From Candidatus Harrisonbacteria bacterium (GTDB lineage Bacteria > Patescibacteriota > Minisyncoccia > UBA6257 > 02-FULL-45-10c), in assembly GCA_016214655.1 (NCBI GenBank), contig JACROC010000005.1:131078-195077 (forward strand): a stretch of 64,000 bases of DNA, in the 5' to 3' direction. Position numbers and translations under genes: made by a program. The notes beneath the pieces were generated by a model that was not told the origin of the DNA, did not search any database, and saw only the letters and a list, made by a program, of their open reading frames with translations. Shown here piece after piece: positions 9,003 to 18,264 of the stretch (the first letter of the stretch is position 1; each line of letters starts with the position of its first letter).

Positions 9003-10571
9003 TTATTCAGCCGAAACAGCAACCGTCTGTCCGTCTGTAAGTCCCTTGATTACCTCAACCAATTCTCCGTCAGATATTCCGGTTTCTATTTCGCTATCCA
9101 GTAAAACGCTTCCGGTACCCGCAGCTTTCTGTCCCGACGGCAACACTTTGACGAATTTTTTTCCTCCTTTTTCATAAACCGTCAAAGCTGGAATTTTAAT
9201 AACATCATTTTTAAAAGAAGTCATTATTTTAAGATCCGCACTCATGCCATTACGAACCGCTTCATCCGACTTCTCTAAATAAATAATAATCCGGTAATAT
9301 TTATCGCCTTCCTTGATAATTTCTTTCGGTTCAATAGAAAATACCTTGCCCTTAAAATCCTGCCCGGGAAACGCGTCAAACTGAACCGCAACATTATTGC
9401 CGTTAACTTCCCGGATTTTATATATATCCAACTCGGAAACATCGGCTTGAATTTTTTGACCCAAGGCATTCAAGGAAACTGCCGGCTGGCCCGGACGGAA
9501 AATTTCCCCCTCTTCCAGCCAGATCTTATTCAACATCCCCTGGGCCGGAGCAGATAATATTGATTTCCGCACTTTATCTCTTACTGAAGCAATCTGACTT
9601 TCTGCTTCTTTAATTCCAGCCTGAGCCGCGTCAAGATCTTCTTTTCGCGTACCAGATTTCTTAAAAATCAATTCATTCTCAGCGACCGATAAACTAGATT
9701 CGGCGCTCCGTAATTTTTCCTGCGCCGAAGAAAAATTGGTCAAAGCCGTATTGATATTGGCCCGAGCCGTAGATACATCTGATCGCCAGGAATCAATTGC
9801 AGTTTGGGTAAGATTAGCTCCGGGAGTAAGAGTGTTAATCGCGATTGCCGTAATATCCAAAAATTGTTTAGTTTGATTTAAATTCTTATTAGCCGTAAAA
9901 GCATAGTCACTTAAATTACTGCTTTTGTTAAGCAGAGACAGCGAAATATTCCAAGCAACCAGCATTGATTCAATTGCTACCCGCCCAGATTCCAAACTGG
10001 TTTTAAGCTGGCCATCCGATAATGAAAGGTTAACTTGCGGGTTAGAACTTCGCGGATTACTGAACCACTGATCGGTTTTACTTTTAATGGCATCGTCGGA
10101 TTTTGTATAAGCATCCTGAATTTTATCAATCAATCCCTGTTTGGCATCTTCTAATGCGATTTTAGCGCTGGAAACCTTTGCTTCCGAGATGTTTATCTCT
10201 TCCTGAGTTGCGCCCGATAAAAGCTTATTTAAATTCGCTTTTCTTTGATCCAAAACAGCTGATAATTTTTGTATTTCTATCTCCAAGTCGGTGGTTTCCA
10301 ATTTTACCAGCGGGGCACCCTTAGAAACGCTTTGTCCTTCCTTAACATAAATCTTTTCAATAATCCCGGAAAAGGGAAGCTCTAAGTTAAATTCTTTTTG
10401 TGACACGACTTCCCCCCTTACTCTCACCACTTCCTGAATACTTCCGCGTTCAACCGGGAATAACAAAAACGCCGGTTTTTCCTGCCGGAAATATTTCTGG
10501 TATACCCAAAAAGAGACAGTAGCCAACCCCGCAACTACAATTAAAATCAAATAATAAGATAGTTTTTTCAT
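9003..10571 (-). CDS. HlyD/MacA-family periplasmic adaptor with an extended coiled coil
   Basis: Signal-anchor, lipoyl-like motifs (KEGQSVSKGAPLVKL), a long alpha-helical hairpin and C-terminal beta domains. Confidence 0.75.
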   Translation of the reverse strand: MKKLSYYLILIVVAGLATVSFWVYQKYFRQEKPAFLLFPVERGSIQEVVRVRGEVVSQKEFNLELPFSGIIEKIYVKEGQSVSKGAPLVKLETTDLEIEIQKLSAVLDQRKANLNKLLSGATQEEINISEAKVSSAKIALEDAKQGLIDKIQDAYTKSDDAIKSKTDQWFSNPRSSNPQVNLSLSDGQLKTSLESGRVAIESMLVAWNISLSLLNKSSNLSDYAFTANKNLNQTKQFLDITAIAINTLTPGANLTQTAIDSWRSDVSTARANINTALTNFSSAQEKLRSAESSLSVAENELIFKKSGTRKEDLDAAQAGIKEAESQIASVRDKVRKSILSAPAQGMLNKIWLEEGEIFRPGQPAVSLNALGQKIQADVSELDIYKIREVNGNNVAVQFDAFPGQDFKGKVFSIEPKEIIKEGDKYYRIIIYLEKSDEAVRNGMSADLKIMTSFKNDVIKIPALTVYEKGGKKFVKVLPSGQKAAGTGSVLLDSEIETGISDGELVEVIKGLTDGQTVAVSAE

Positions 10572-11275
10572 GTTACTTTAATTCTATACCATTTTAGATG
10601 TTCATACACACTCGGCCAATAAAAGCCAAAGCTTAACGCGAAAATTAATTCTTCTATTGGCACGCCGAAGATTAAAATGCCAGAAATAGCGGACAAATTC
10701 CAAACTTGCTCAACATAACCAGGATAAAGAATGGTCAAGGTTAAAAAATATATGAAATATAAACCAATAAAAATAATAGCGCTGACAAACATCTTATTTT
10801 TAAGATCGGGGCGGCAATACCGGGTAAAAAGACCGGCCCCAACTAATGCCACAGACGCGGAATAAATATGATTCCAATCAGTGAAAATTAAAAGCAAGAC
10901 AAAAATTATCGGCCCAGAAACTAATGCCCAAAAATGATATCGGTGACGGGAATGCCGGCGCTCCTCATCAGACATCGCTTCATGCAAGGTTGGGAAAAAA
11001 TTCTCATAGATAACTACTGCCAATCCGCCTATTCCGAAAGAAAATAAAAAACTTTCAATATCAAATCCTGTTCTCAACGCTAAATCAAATAAAGACGGCG
11101 GGCTCCAATATTCCGGAACAAAAAGCGGCTCAGTTGCGCCAAGAAGCGATGTCCACAAGCTAACCCTCAACATCTCTTTACGGCTTTCTTGATTCCGCAA
11201 AAAAAAGTAGACCGCGAGCCAGATGGCCAAAAGCATTAGACTCCATACCAGCCAAGCGTAGTGCTGATCAAACAT
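10568..11275 (-). CDS. polytopic membrane protein, possibly a lycopene-cyclase-domain family member
   Basis: Seven hydrophobic helices. GVPIEELIFALSF resembles the PxEE motif of CrtYc/Yd-type domains. The family call is weak. Confidence 0.35.
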   Translation of the reverse strand: MFDQHYAWLVWSLMLLAIWLAVYFFLRNQESRKEMLRVSLWTSLLGATEPLFVPEYWSPPSLFDLALRTGFDIESFLFSFGIGGLAVVIYENFFPTLHEAMSDEERRHSRHRYHFWALVSGPIIFVLLLIFTDWNHIYSASVALVGAGLFTRYCRPDLKNKMFVSAIIFIGLYFIYFLTLTILYPGYVEQVWNLSAISGILIFGVPIEELIFALSFGFYWPSVYEHLKWYRIKVT

Positions 11276-11280
11276 AATTT

Positions 11281-11541
11281 TTATAAACGGTTATATAACG
11301 AAGCAAAAAGCCAGCCGCCTAGGTAAGAATAAACTACCGCCTGAATAAGTCCAGCCACAAATCCCCCGAAGGTTACAGCTACATCACCGGCAAACTTATC
11401 TACATTTACCAGATGAACTAACCAACCGAACGATTGCAAAGAAAACTCTGGCCATAAATACACAAATGCGGCGCAAATTAAATAGACAATACCCATTCCT
11501 AATGCAGCGGCTTTCGCAAATTTTGAAACATCTAATTGCAT
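11281..11541 (-). CDS. small membrane protein
   Basis: 86 aa with 2-3 TM helices, in an operon. Confidence 0.4.
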   Translation of the reverse strand: MQLDVSKFAKAAALGMGIVYLICAAFVYLWPEFSLQSFGWLVHLVNVDKFAGDVAVTFGGFVAGLIQAVVYSYLGGWLFASLYNRL

Positions 11542-11557
11542 AAATATTTTTTTAAAA

Positions 11558-12706
11558 TTAATTTAACGACCCTTTATTTAATACTTTTAAGACAAGTGAG
11601 GCGATATAATGGCCGTTAATAAAAGCATCCTCTGTGCCGGCCACATTGTGGTCATTAGCTAAAAATAGATTAGGTTCGGGATTTTCGTTTATATATTCAT
11701 TCCCATGGAAGAAAAGCGCCGGCCGCCACTCGCCCTTAGCAATGATCTCCCGTTCATCGAAATATTTGGCAATATTATCTTTGCTCCCGTAAAAATAGAG
11801 ATAGGTGCCATTTGGTTCACGAGAAATCGCCGCCTCTTCTTCTATCGGAAAAAAATTATACCAGGGAACATTGTATTCTTTTTTAATCCTTCCCCGTAGA
11901 TGGTAATAATTTACATTAATTCCGTCTTTAATTCTTTGCGGCTTTACTAATTGATTAGCAATATTCATCGGCGTGGCAAGGACTAAAATATCACCACCGT
12001 AGGCTTTGCCGGATTTGGTTTCGATTTTAAATTTTTGATTATCCAACCGCCTTACTTTTACAACTGAATCCAAAGTTATTTTATCCCGAAAAGGCGCCGT
12101 AAGCTTTCCAAAATTGAATTTAAAAGACCAGCTCGGGACAATAATTGTGTCCAAAACAGCGAGAAAGATAGCCGCAGAAACTTCCCGCGGATTAGTAAAA
12201 TACGCTGCCCATAAAAATTGCTCCAAATATTCCTTAGTTAGATCTTCCAATCCCTTTTCTTTTATATAATCCGCAGCTTTTTGATGATAGAATTTTTTAA
12301 GATAGGGGTCGGCTTCTATTAATTTTTGATAAGAAACATCCAGCGCTTGCTTGCGAATTTTTTGCACGTGGCTGCGGAATTTAAAAAGTTCCCGCAATAA
12401 TTTTATTCCAGCCGGAATATGCTTCAGCATCCGCAAAGAATAAGCATGATAATGCTCCTGGCCGCGATGAAAATGTGCCTTGGCAAAATGCATCAAATTC
12501 ACCTTTTCAATGTAAGGCAGAATATTATGGCAATCAGCGGTAACGTAATAAGCTCCATAATTCGTCTCGCCATCCGGAGAAGTCTTGATGCGCCCACCGA
12601 TATCTTCGGTAATTAATCTAAAATCGGCGCCATTCTCCTGAAAACGCTTGGCGCATCCGAGACCATTCAATCCGCCGCCAACAATTATGATCTTATAATG
12701 CTCCAT
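11558..12706 (-). CDS. FAD/NAD(P)-binding oxidoreductase (amine-oxidase / desaturase-like)
   Basis: N-terminal Rossmann dinucleotide motif IIIVGGGLNGLGCA...E. Confidence 0.7.
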   Translation of the reverse strand: MEHYKIIIVGGGLNGLGCAKRFQENGADFRLITEDIGGRIKTSPDGETNYGAYYVTADCHNILPYIEKVNLMHFAKAHFHRGQEHYHAYSLRMLKHIPAGIKLLRELFKFRSHVQKIRKQALDVSYQKLIEADPYLKKFYHQKAADYIKEKGLEDLTKEYLEQFLWAAYFTNPREVSAAIFLAVLDTIIVPSWSFKFNFGKLTAPFRDKITLDSVVKVRRLDNQKFKIETKSGKAYGGDILVLATPMNIANQLVKPQRIKDGINVNYYHLRGRIKKEYNVPWYNFFPIEEEAAISREPNGTYLYFYGSKDNIAKYFDEREIIAKGEWRPALFFHGNEYINENPEPNLFLANDHNVAGTEDAFINGHYIASLVLKVLNKGSLN

Positions 12707-12716
12707 AGCTCATTTA

Positions 12717-12971
12717 TTATCTTAAGCCCTCAAACTTTTTCCGAAACTGGTCTTCGGTCGCTCCGCCCATCATAAAAAATTCATCATTAACCAAAATGCC
12801 AGGGCTTGAAAGAATGCCATGCTTCTGAACCAGCGCCTGTCCTTCCGGCGTAACCATATCTATTTCCTCAACAACTAAATTTGAATTTTCTTTTAACAAT
12901 TTTTCTAAGACTTTCTTGACTGCAATGCAATGGGTACACCCCTTTGGCCTGATCAACGTTACTTTAATCAT
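12717..12971 (-). CDS. small thioredoxin/glutaredoxin-like protein
   Basis: 84 aa with the CxxC motif (GCTHC) near the N-terminus, and a Trx-fold length. Confidence 0.7.
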   Translation of the reverse strand: MIKVTLIRPKGCTHCIAVKKVLEKLLKENSNLVVEEIDMVTPEGQALVQKHGILSSPGILVNDEFFMMGGATEDQFRKKFEGLR

Positions 12972-12989
12972 AATTTTTTTATTAATTTA

Positions 12990-13181
12990 TTAGCCGACCT
13001 TATTCTCGGAAGAATCTTCTGTAATATATTTATTGGGATTTTTATCAAACTCTGCCGGACAGCTATCACAACAAAAATAATACTTTTTTCCTTTATATTC
13101 CCGAACCCACCCCATTTTTTCCGCAAACTCCTTGTCCGCAGGAATTTTCATAACCGGACAAATTATCTGGTCTTCCTTCAT
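12990..13181 (-). CDS. YHS/TRASH-domain metal-binding protein
   Basis: CPVMKIP...YYFCCDSCPAEFDKNPNKY. Confidence 0.75.
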   Translation of the reverse strand: MKEDQIICPVMKIPADKEFAEKMGWVREYKGKKYYFCCDSCPAEFDKNPNKYITEDSSENKVG

Positions 13182-13199
13182 AAAAGTTATTTAAATCTA

Positions 13200-13397
13200 T
13201 TAATTTTTGATATTCATTGACCTTTTGTGACGCATCCGCCGCGAAATAATAATTGTAAAAACAATAATAAGCAATGCTGTAATCGGGCCTGCCAATTCAG
13301 CTTCGGCCAAATTAGTTATTTCCTCTTCCGCCTCGCCGAGTTCATGAGCAAACGCGGATATCGGCACTAAAAAAAGATAAGTAATAAAAAATTTCAT
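13200..13397 (-). CDS. small exported/membrane protein
   Basis: Signal peptide (ISAFAHE), an acidic stretch, a TM helix and a basic tail. Confidence 0.4.
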   Translation of the reverse strand: MKFFITYLFLVPISAFAHELGEAEEEITNLAEAELAGPITALLIIVFTIIISRRMRHKRSMNIKN

Positions 13398-13404
13398 TTT
13401 TGTT

Positions 13405-14394
13405 TTATTGATCTAAATTATTATATTCCTTATTATAAGCCGCATCCCATAAAATAATTGCGCTAATGATGGCGGCAAAAACAATCCAGGGAATAATCCC
13501 GCCAATCCCCTCCGGCAAATTCAATGACGCTTCAATGATGGATGATTCGGCAATTTTCGGGAAAATAATTTCCAGCGCCCTATTCCAAGACTGATGAATG
13601 ATTGAGTTTTCGAACCAGGCCATTCCAAATGCGCCATAAGTGAAAATAAACGATCCTAATCCAACCAATGCCCAAGCAACCCAATGTTTAACTTTTATCT
13701 GGTAAGCACTCAGCCAATTCATGGCATTAACTCCCAAAACCGCCAAGACTACAAAAAATAATAGCGGCACCATTCTTCCTAAGCCATGCAACGCGCCCAG
13801 CGATGCGCCAATAACCGGATTTCCCAGCGTAGCGACATAACCAAAAATAATATAAAAAGCCGGGTTAGGACAACCCACTCCGGCGTTACCAAGGAAAAAC
13901 CCCAAAAAGAAACTGCGGATATAATCATTTTTATCCTGTAAAAAAACCGGGAGGATTGTTTGCTTAAAGGGTAATTTGAATTTAATCAGATCAAGTTCTG
14001 AAAGACCGAAAATCAACGCCGCCATCCCGCCGGCAATAAGCATATAACTGATGATCTTATATAACTCAATAAAACCGCCGAGCCAACCCAAGGCCATGCC
14101 ATAGATAGTAAAAGTTAACGTTAGTCCTGCTCCAAAAAGCAATGCCATTAGAATCCCCTTGCCATTTTTTTTAGAAAGCGCAAGTGGCACAATGATAAAT
14201 ATCAATGGGAAAGTGCATGGCAGAAAAATCATGGAAATGCCGGCAAGAAATGCCAGAGACAAGCCGGGAATAAACTGCGGCGAGGTCCAAAGGCTAAAAA
14301 GACCGATTAGAATAATCGAAAAAAGGATAAAGGCAGCAGCCACTAGCCATATTTTTATGCTATTCACTGGCATATTTATAATTATATACCACAT
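13405..14394 (-). CDS. divergent CcdA/DsbD-like thiol-disulfide transporter
   Basis: Polytopic membrane protein with two intramembrane Cys-Pro style motifs (IFLPCTFP and GVGCPNP), as in the DsbD/CcdA core. Its start overlaps the upstream stop by 13 nt. Confidence 0.55.
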   Translation of the reverse strand: MWYIIINMPVNSIKIWLVAAAFILFSIILIGLFSLWTSPQFIPGLSLAFLAGISMIFLPCTFPLIFIIVPLALSKKNGKGILMALLFGAGLTLTFTIYGMALGWLGGFIELYKIISYMLIAGGMAALIFGLSELDLIKFKLPFKQTILPVFLQDKNDYIRSFFLGFFLGNAGVGCPNPAFYIIFGYVATLGNPVIGASLGALHGLGRMVPLLFFVVLAVLGVNAMNWLSAYQIKVKHWVAWALVGLGSFIFTYGAFGMAWFENSIIHQSWNRALEIIFPKIAESSIIEASLNLPEGIGGIIPWIVFAAIISAIILWDAAYNKEYNNLDQ

Positions 14395-14564
14395 CCCCCG
14401 CCGCCTTTTATCGGCGTTGAAATTTCTTTTTGATCAGCCTGCCGAACCCCTTGCGTCTTGGCAGAAACTTGTTTACTGACCGAATAAATCCAGGAAGCAG
14501 AAACCAATAACGCGGCCATGACTATGCTTGCCGCTAAAAGATTATTCGCTGAATTATTCTTCAT
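14382..14564 (-). CDS. 60-aa signal-anchored protein ending in GGGGCGI
   Basis: One N-terminal TM helix, a polar linker and a C-terminal Gly4-Cys-Gly-Ile. Translationally coupled to the CcdA-like gene. Confidence 0.45.
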   Translation of the reverse strand: MKNNSANNLLAASIVMAALLVSASWIYSVSKQVSAKTQGVRQADQKEISTPIKGGGGCGI

Positions 14565-14583
14565 AATTTTTAGTTATTGATTC

Positions 14584-15501
14584 CTATAACCCGCAACCAC
14601 CTCCGCCGCCACCTTGAACCGGCTGTACTTGGGAAAGAATTCTTTGAAAACCAAGTGCGCTGGAAAAATCAGCCCCCAAAACTTCCCGGGGGTTAACAAC
14701 ATCCCAAGCAACCCCTTTTTGTTTAAAGTATTGCGCAATCGTCAAATAAGTATCCGGAAACCAATAAGAATTTACCCGGAGCGCAACCTTATACATCTCG
14801 GCTTCAGAAATTCCCTGCGAAGCCATAAGCTCCAAAAGACCAAGCATGGCCATGCCGTGATTGCAATCGGGAAAATAAGTTGAATTTCCACAGCACGGGC
14901 GATAAACATTTTTTGAAACTCTTTCCACTAAAGCCTTCTGCTCCGTAGTCAGCCGTAAAAATTCATGCGCGGAATAATGGTCCATCGCATCACCGACGGC
15001 CGCTGTCCATCCTCCGGTAGAAGCAAACCTGCCGGCGCCGCCGTAACGCGGATCTGACATCGGCCCCTCCTCCAAAACTTCACTTTTATTGCCGAGCCCC
15101 AAACCCCACAGCAAATTCAAAAGAAAACCTGAATTTTCCGGGGTAATCTTCAATCTTCCATTATCGGCTCCGTAAAGCAGTTTTCTTTCTTCTTCATTTA
15201 TTCCGCCCCGCTGGGAATAAATTTCCTCAAATTTTTCTTGATCCATCACGCCGCTTTCCGCCAGCCGCCTGCCCAGATCTCCCCACACTACTGGCAACTC
15301 TACGCCGTTGGACGGCAAAACCCGCTCCTCAAATTCCGTTTGTGAACCGATTTGCTTTGTAATCGCTGCCGTCTGGCGGCTAACCGGAGCCCCCAAACCA
15401 TTAGTGTATATCCATGCAAAAGCCATAATCACTAATGATAAAATCAGGCTAAACGGTAAATAATTCTTTTGATTTTCTATATTTTGATTTTGTTCTTCCA
15501 T
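14584..15501 (-). CDS. signal-anchored Cys-rich extracytoplasmic protein ending in GGGGGGCGL
   Basis: 305 aa with an N-terminal TM helix, the conserved-looking cluster RPCCGNSTYFPDCNHGMAM, and a C-terminal Gly6-Cys-Gly-Leu. Confidence 0.6.
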   Translation of the reverse strand: MEEQNQNIENQKNYLPFSLILSLVIMAFAWIYTNGLGAPVSRQTAAITKQIGSQTEFEERVLPSNGVELPVVWGDLGRRLAESGVMDQEKFEEIYSQRGGINEEERKLLYGADNGRLKITPENSGFLLNLLWGLGLGNKSEVLEEGPMSDPRYGGAGRFASTGGWTAAVGDAMDHYSAHEFLRLTTEQKALVERVSKNVYRPCCGNSTYFPDCNHGMAMLGLLELMASQGISEAEMYKVALRVNSYWFPDTYLTIAQYFKQKGVAWDVVNPREVLGADFSSALGFQRILSQVQPVQGGGGGGCGL

Positions 15502-15508
15502 AAATTTA

Positions 15509-15898
15509 TTAATTGTTTAATTTACACCTGCTCTCTTTAGCTAAATTCTCCAAGCCCTGTTCTCCGACTAATTTTTTGCCATCCGGAAAAATCCAAGTCG
15601 GGAAAGACTCAATTCCCGCAGCCAAACAACGCTTTGGATCTTTTGGACATTCAACATAAGGCACGAACCGGAAAGAGCGTCCGAATTGTTTTTTCTCGTT
15701 CTGGCAATGCGAACACCAATTCGCTCCATACATTACAATTTTTTCATCCGCTAAACATTGCGCAAATGAATCCATGATAGTATCGGTATTTCTATTATTC
15801 CATGAAATCCACCAAATGGAAAAGGCGGAAACTAAAACTATAATTGAAGCAATATAAGTTTTCTCAAGAAAATTATATTTATTCATCGCAGCAATCAA
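15509..15898 (-). CDS. membrane-anchored thioredoxin-like protein
   Basis: N-terminal TM helix. YGANWCSHCQNEKKQFG is the CxxC Trx-fold motif of the type fused to VKOR/DsbB analogs. Confidence 0.7.
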   Translation of the reverse strand: MIAAMNKYNFLEKTYIASIIVLVSAFSIWWISWNNRNTDTIMDSFAQCLADEKIVMYGANWCSHCQNEKKQFGRSFRFVPYVECPKDPKRCLAAGIESFPTWIFPDGKKLVGEQGLENLAKESRCKLNN

Positions 15899-16376
15899 CC
15901 AATTTATTTACGATATCCTGCAACGTCCATGGCTTCTCTTCCGCCGCGGCCTTTTTAAAACCGGAAACATCTATCAGCTTCAGCCGCAGACCCCAGAACA
16001 TTGAATAAATTTTATAGGCTTGCGAAAAGACTTCTTGCGCCTCGGTTTTTTTATTTTCCGAGTGAAGTTTAGTGCCGACTTCAATAAGTCTCATGGCAGT
16101 TGCAAGTAAATGCTTAGAAATACACCAGGTTTCTCCCTCGTGTTTATCAATCATCTTTCCTAGCAATACCTTTCTGATCGCGCGGGCATCATTTAGCAGA
16201 TCAAAATATTCCGGCTTACCAGTTTTAGCTCCCGTGAAAAAGAAATGTTCTTCCAAACTAATCAGGTTCATGACCGCAATACTCAAATCCTCTTCCGTTG
16301 ATAAATCGATTTGTCCAGATTTCTTCAATGCTTCAATTTTTTTAATCAATGCTTCCAAATTTTTTTGATTATCCAT
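15879..16376 (-). CDS. cytoplasmic helical protein ending in DCCDE
   Basis: 165-aa ORF with no TM helix and a C-terminal vicinal Cys pair. It overlaps the downstream gene by 20 nt. Confidence 0.5.
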   Translation of the reverse strand: MDNQKNLEALIKKIEALKKSGQIDLSTEEDLSIAVMNLISLEEHFFFTGAKTGKPEYFDLLNDARAIRKVLLGKMIDKHEGETWCISKHLLATAMRLIEVGTKLHSENKKTEAQEVFSQAYKIYSMFWGLRLKLIDVSGFKKAAAEEKPWTLQDIVNKLVDCCDE

Positions 16377-16382
16377 ATCAAT

Positions 16383-17210
16383 TTACAAAAAGAAAATTAA
16401 TAAACCCAAGACGACCATTGCTATGCCTCCCCAAAGACGCATATTATGGGTTTCTGCCTTTTTCCATTCCTGCACCTTAGCCAAAAGCAATTGATTGCTT
16501 GCAATCAGCAGAATGATAACTAATGGCAAAATGAAAATCGCGTTATATAGAAGGAGATAGCCAAGACCGCTGATAAATGTCGCTTTATCATGCAGCAAAC
16601 CAAGAATCATCAGATACGGTCCTCCAGTACAAGGAAACTCGCATAACCCGACTAAAACACCAAGTAAAAAGGCCGTTGGCGAAGACGCCTTTTCCATTAA
16701 TTCTGCCATTTTATGATGCGCCGCCTGCGGTATCCGCAATTTGACCGGAAAAGCCGGGAAAAACTCATTCATCAGATTAATCAATCCTAAAACCACCAGC
16801 AATCCCGCCCCTACTTTTGCCATAAAATGCGGGGTGTTAAAAAGATGAAGAACCTGCAAAATCCCGAGGCCGATCAAGATATAAACCAGAAAAATGCCGA
16901 ATATGTACATTCCGCCAATCTTAAGGATACCCGACCGCAGTTTACCGATACTAAGCAAAAAAGCGATCGTTAAAATTAGAATCGAAAAAGCGCAGGGATT
17001 AATACTATCTAGCAAGGAAGACACCAATACCAGAGGCAGCAGCCATTTCCCGCCATTGCTGAAACTCCACAAAAATGCCGTGCCGGCTCCGGTAAAACGG
17101 AAAAAGAAAAATAATCCGGCCAGCAAAATAACCGCCCCAACCAAAAATCCTAATTTTGATTTTGCATTATTGCCGCTTTGATTATTAAGCGGCTCATGAC
17201 AATTAGACAT
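16383..17210 (-). CDS. ccdA: cytochrome c biogenesis-type thiol-disulfide transporter CcdA
   Basis: Six-TM protein with DSINPCAF and CEFPCTGGPY motifs. Confidence 0.8.
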   Translation of the reverse strand: MSNCHEPLNNQSGNNAKSKLGFLVGAVILLAGLFFFFRFTGAGTAFLWSFSNGGKWLLPLVLVSSLLDSINPCAFSILILTIAFLLSIGKLRSGILKIGGMYIFGIFLVYILIGLGILQVLHLFNTPHFMAKVGAGLLVVLGLINLMNEFFPAFPVKLRIPQAAHHKMAELMEKASSPTAFLLGVLVGLCEFPCTGGPYLMILGLLHDKATFISGLGYLLLYNAIFILPLVIILLIASNQLLLAKVQEWKKAETHNMRLWGGIAMVVLGLLIFFL

Positions 17211-17231
17211 AGTTTTCGCAAAGATTAATTT

Positions 17232-17744
17232 CTACGGCCGGACCACTGCCGTAAATCCCAATTCAACTTCTCCGGAATCGGTTTCTACATAAACCGAGCG
17301 CTGGATCGGACCCACGCCAGCCGGACCATGCGCCGCCGGATCAAAAGTGGCTTCAATTCTTACTTCCTCGTCTCCGGAAATAACTTGGTTAATACGCGGC
17401 ACAACTCCATGCCCGGGCATGCCGAACGGCCCGCGAGCCTTCCCATCCTTCAGCATCAGCGTCGCCGTGGTGCACATGCAGGAAGTATAAATTTTATTGA
17501 TCGTCAGCGGATTCTCCGATCTATTTTTAAGAGTGAATACCTTGCTCACTTTGCCATCAGCCATAGAAATATCGCCAAAATCAAAATTAGACTCATCAGC
17601 AACTAATTTATTTTCCGAAACCGATGACACGGATGCCGTCTGAAGATTCTTGCTTGAAGAATCTGAAGATGCCAACCAAATAATTCCGCCAAAAACCAAG
17701 AAAGTAACGAGGGTGATTATAATGACTTCTTTGTAATGTTGCAT
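17232..17744 (-). CDS. DUF1573-domain exported protein
   Basis: Start moved to MQHYKEV. FDFGDI...FTLKNRSENPLTINKIYTSCMCTTA matches the DUF1573 pattern. Confidence 0.7.
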   Translation of the reverse strand: MQHYKEVIIITLVTFLVFGGIIWLASSDSSSKNLQTASVSSVSENKLVADESNFDFGDISMADGKVSKVFTLKNRSENPLTINKIYTSCMCTTATLMLKDGKARGPFGMPGHGVVPRINQVISGDEEVRIEATFDPAAHGPAGVGPIQRSVYVETDSGEVELGFTAVVRP

Positions 17745-17836
17745 AATAACTAAAAAATTAATTTTAAAAAAATAAAATGCCCCGTAAAAGGGGTTAGAGG
17801 ACGGCAAAACCGGAAGCTGTCGACAAACAACTCCGA

Positions 17837-18244
17837 TTAAGCGCCCGAAACTAACGCCGGACTATTCTCATGCAAAGCAATCCAACTGAGTAAAGGTTGA
17901 TTGATACTGCCCAGAACCACTGCCGCGCCCAATCTCCAAAAAGAATCTGAATGCGGCGAGACTAGAGATGCCGTAAAAGCTAAGCCAAGCAAAATAAAGG
18001 CCAATGCAGTTAGAAAAATCGAAGCCCAGCCCGCCACCGCTCTAGTAAAGGTGTGAAATGCCTGCATATGGAATCCAACCACCGCAAAAGGGTTGTTGCT
18101 TGTGCAAATCTTACCCTGAAGCATTTCGGCAACGCAGCCATGCCCATGAGCCATTGTAGAAAAACCAAAAATAGCAATAGCGGCAAGAACTACAATAAGA
18201 AGAATGGCCAGTATCGATTTCATATGATTAAAGTATACCACCAA
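17837..18244 (-). CDS. membrane protein with a His/Cys-rich loop
   Basis: 135 aa with 3-4 TM helices and MAHGHGCVAEMLQGKIC. Confidence 0.45.
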   Translation of the reverse strand: MVVYFNHMKSILAILLIVVLAAIAIFGFSTMAHGHGCVAEMLQGKICTSNNPFAVVGFHMQAFHTFTRAVAGWASIFLTALAFILLGLAFTASLVSPHSDSFWRLGAAVVLGSINQPLLSWIALHENSPALVSGA

Positions 18245-18264
18245 ATTAACTGTGACGCAAATTA

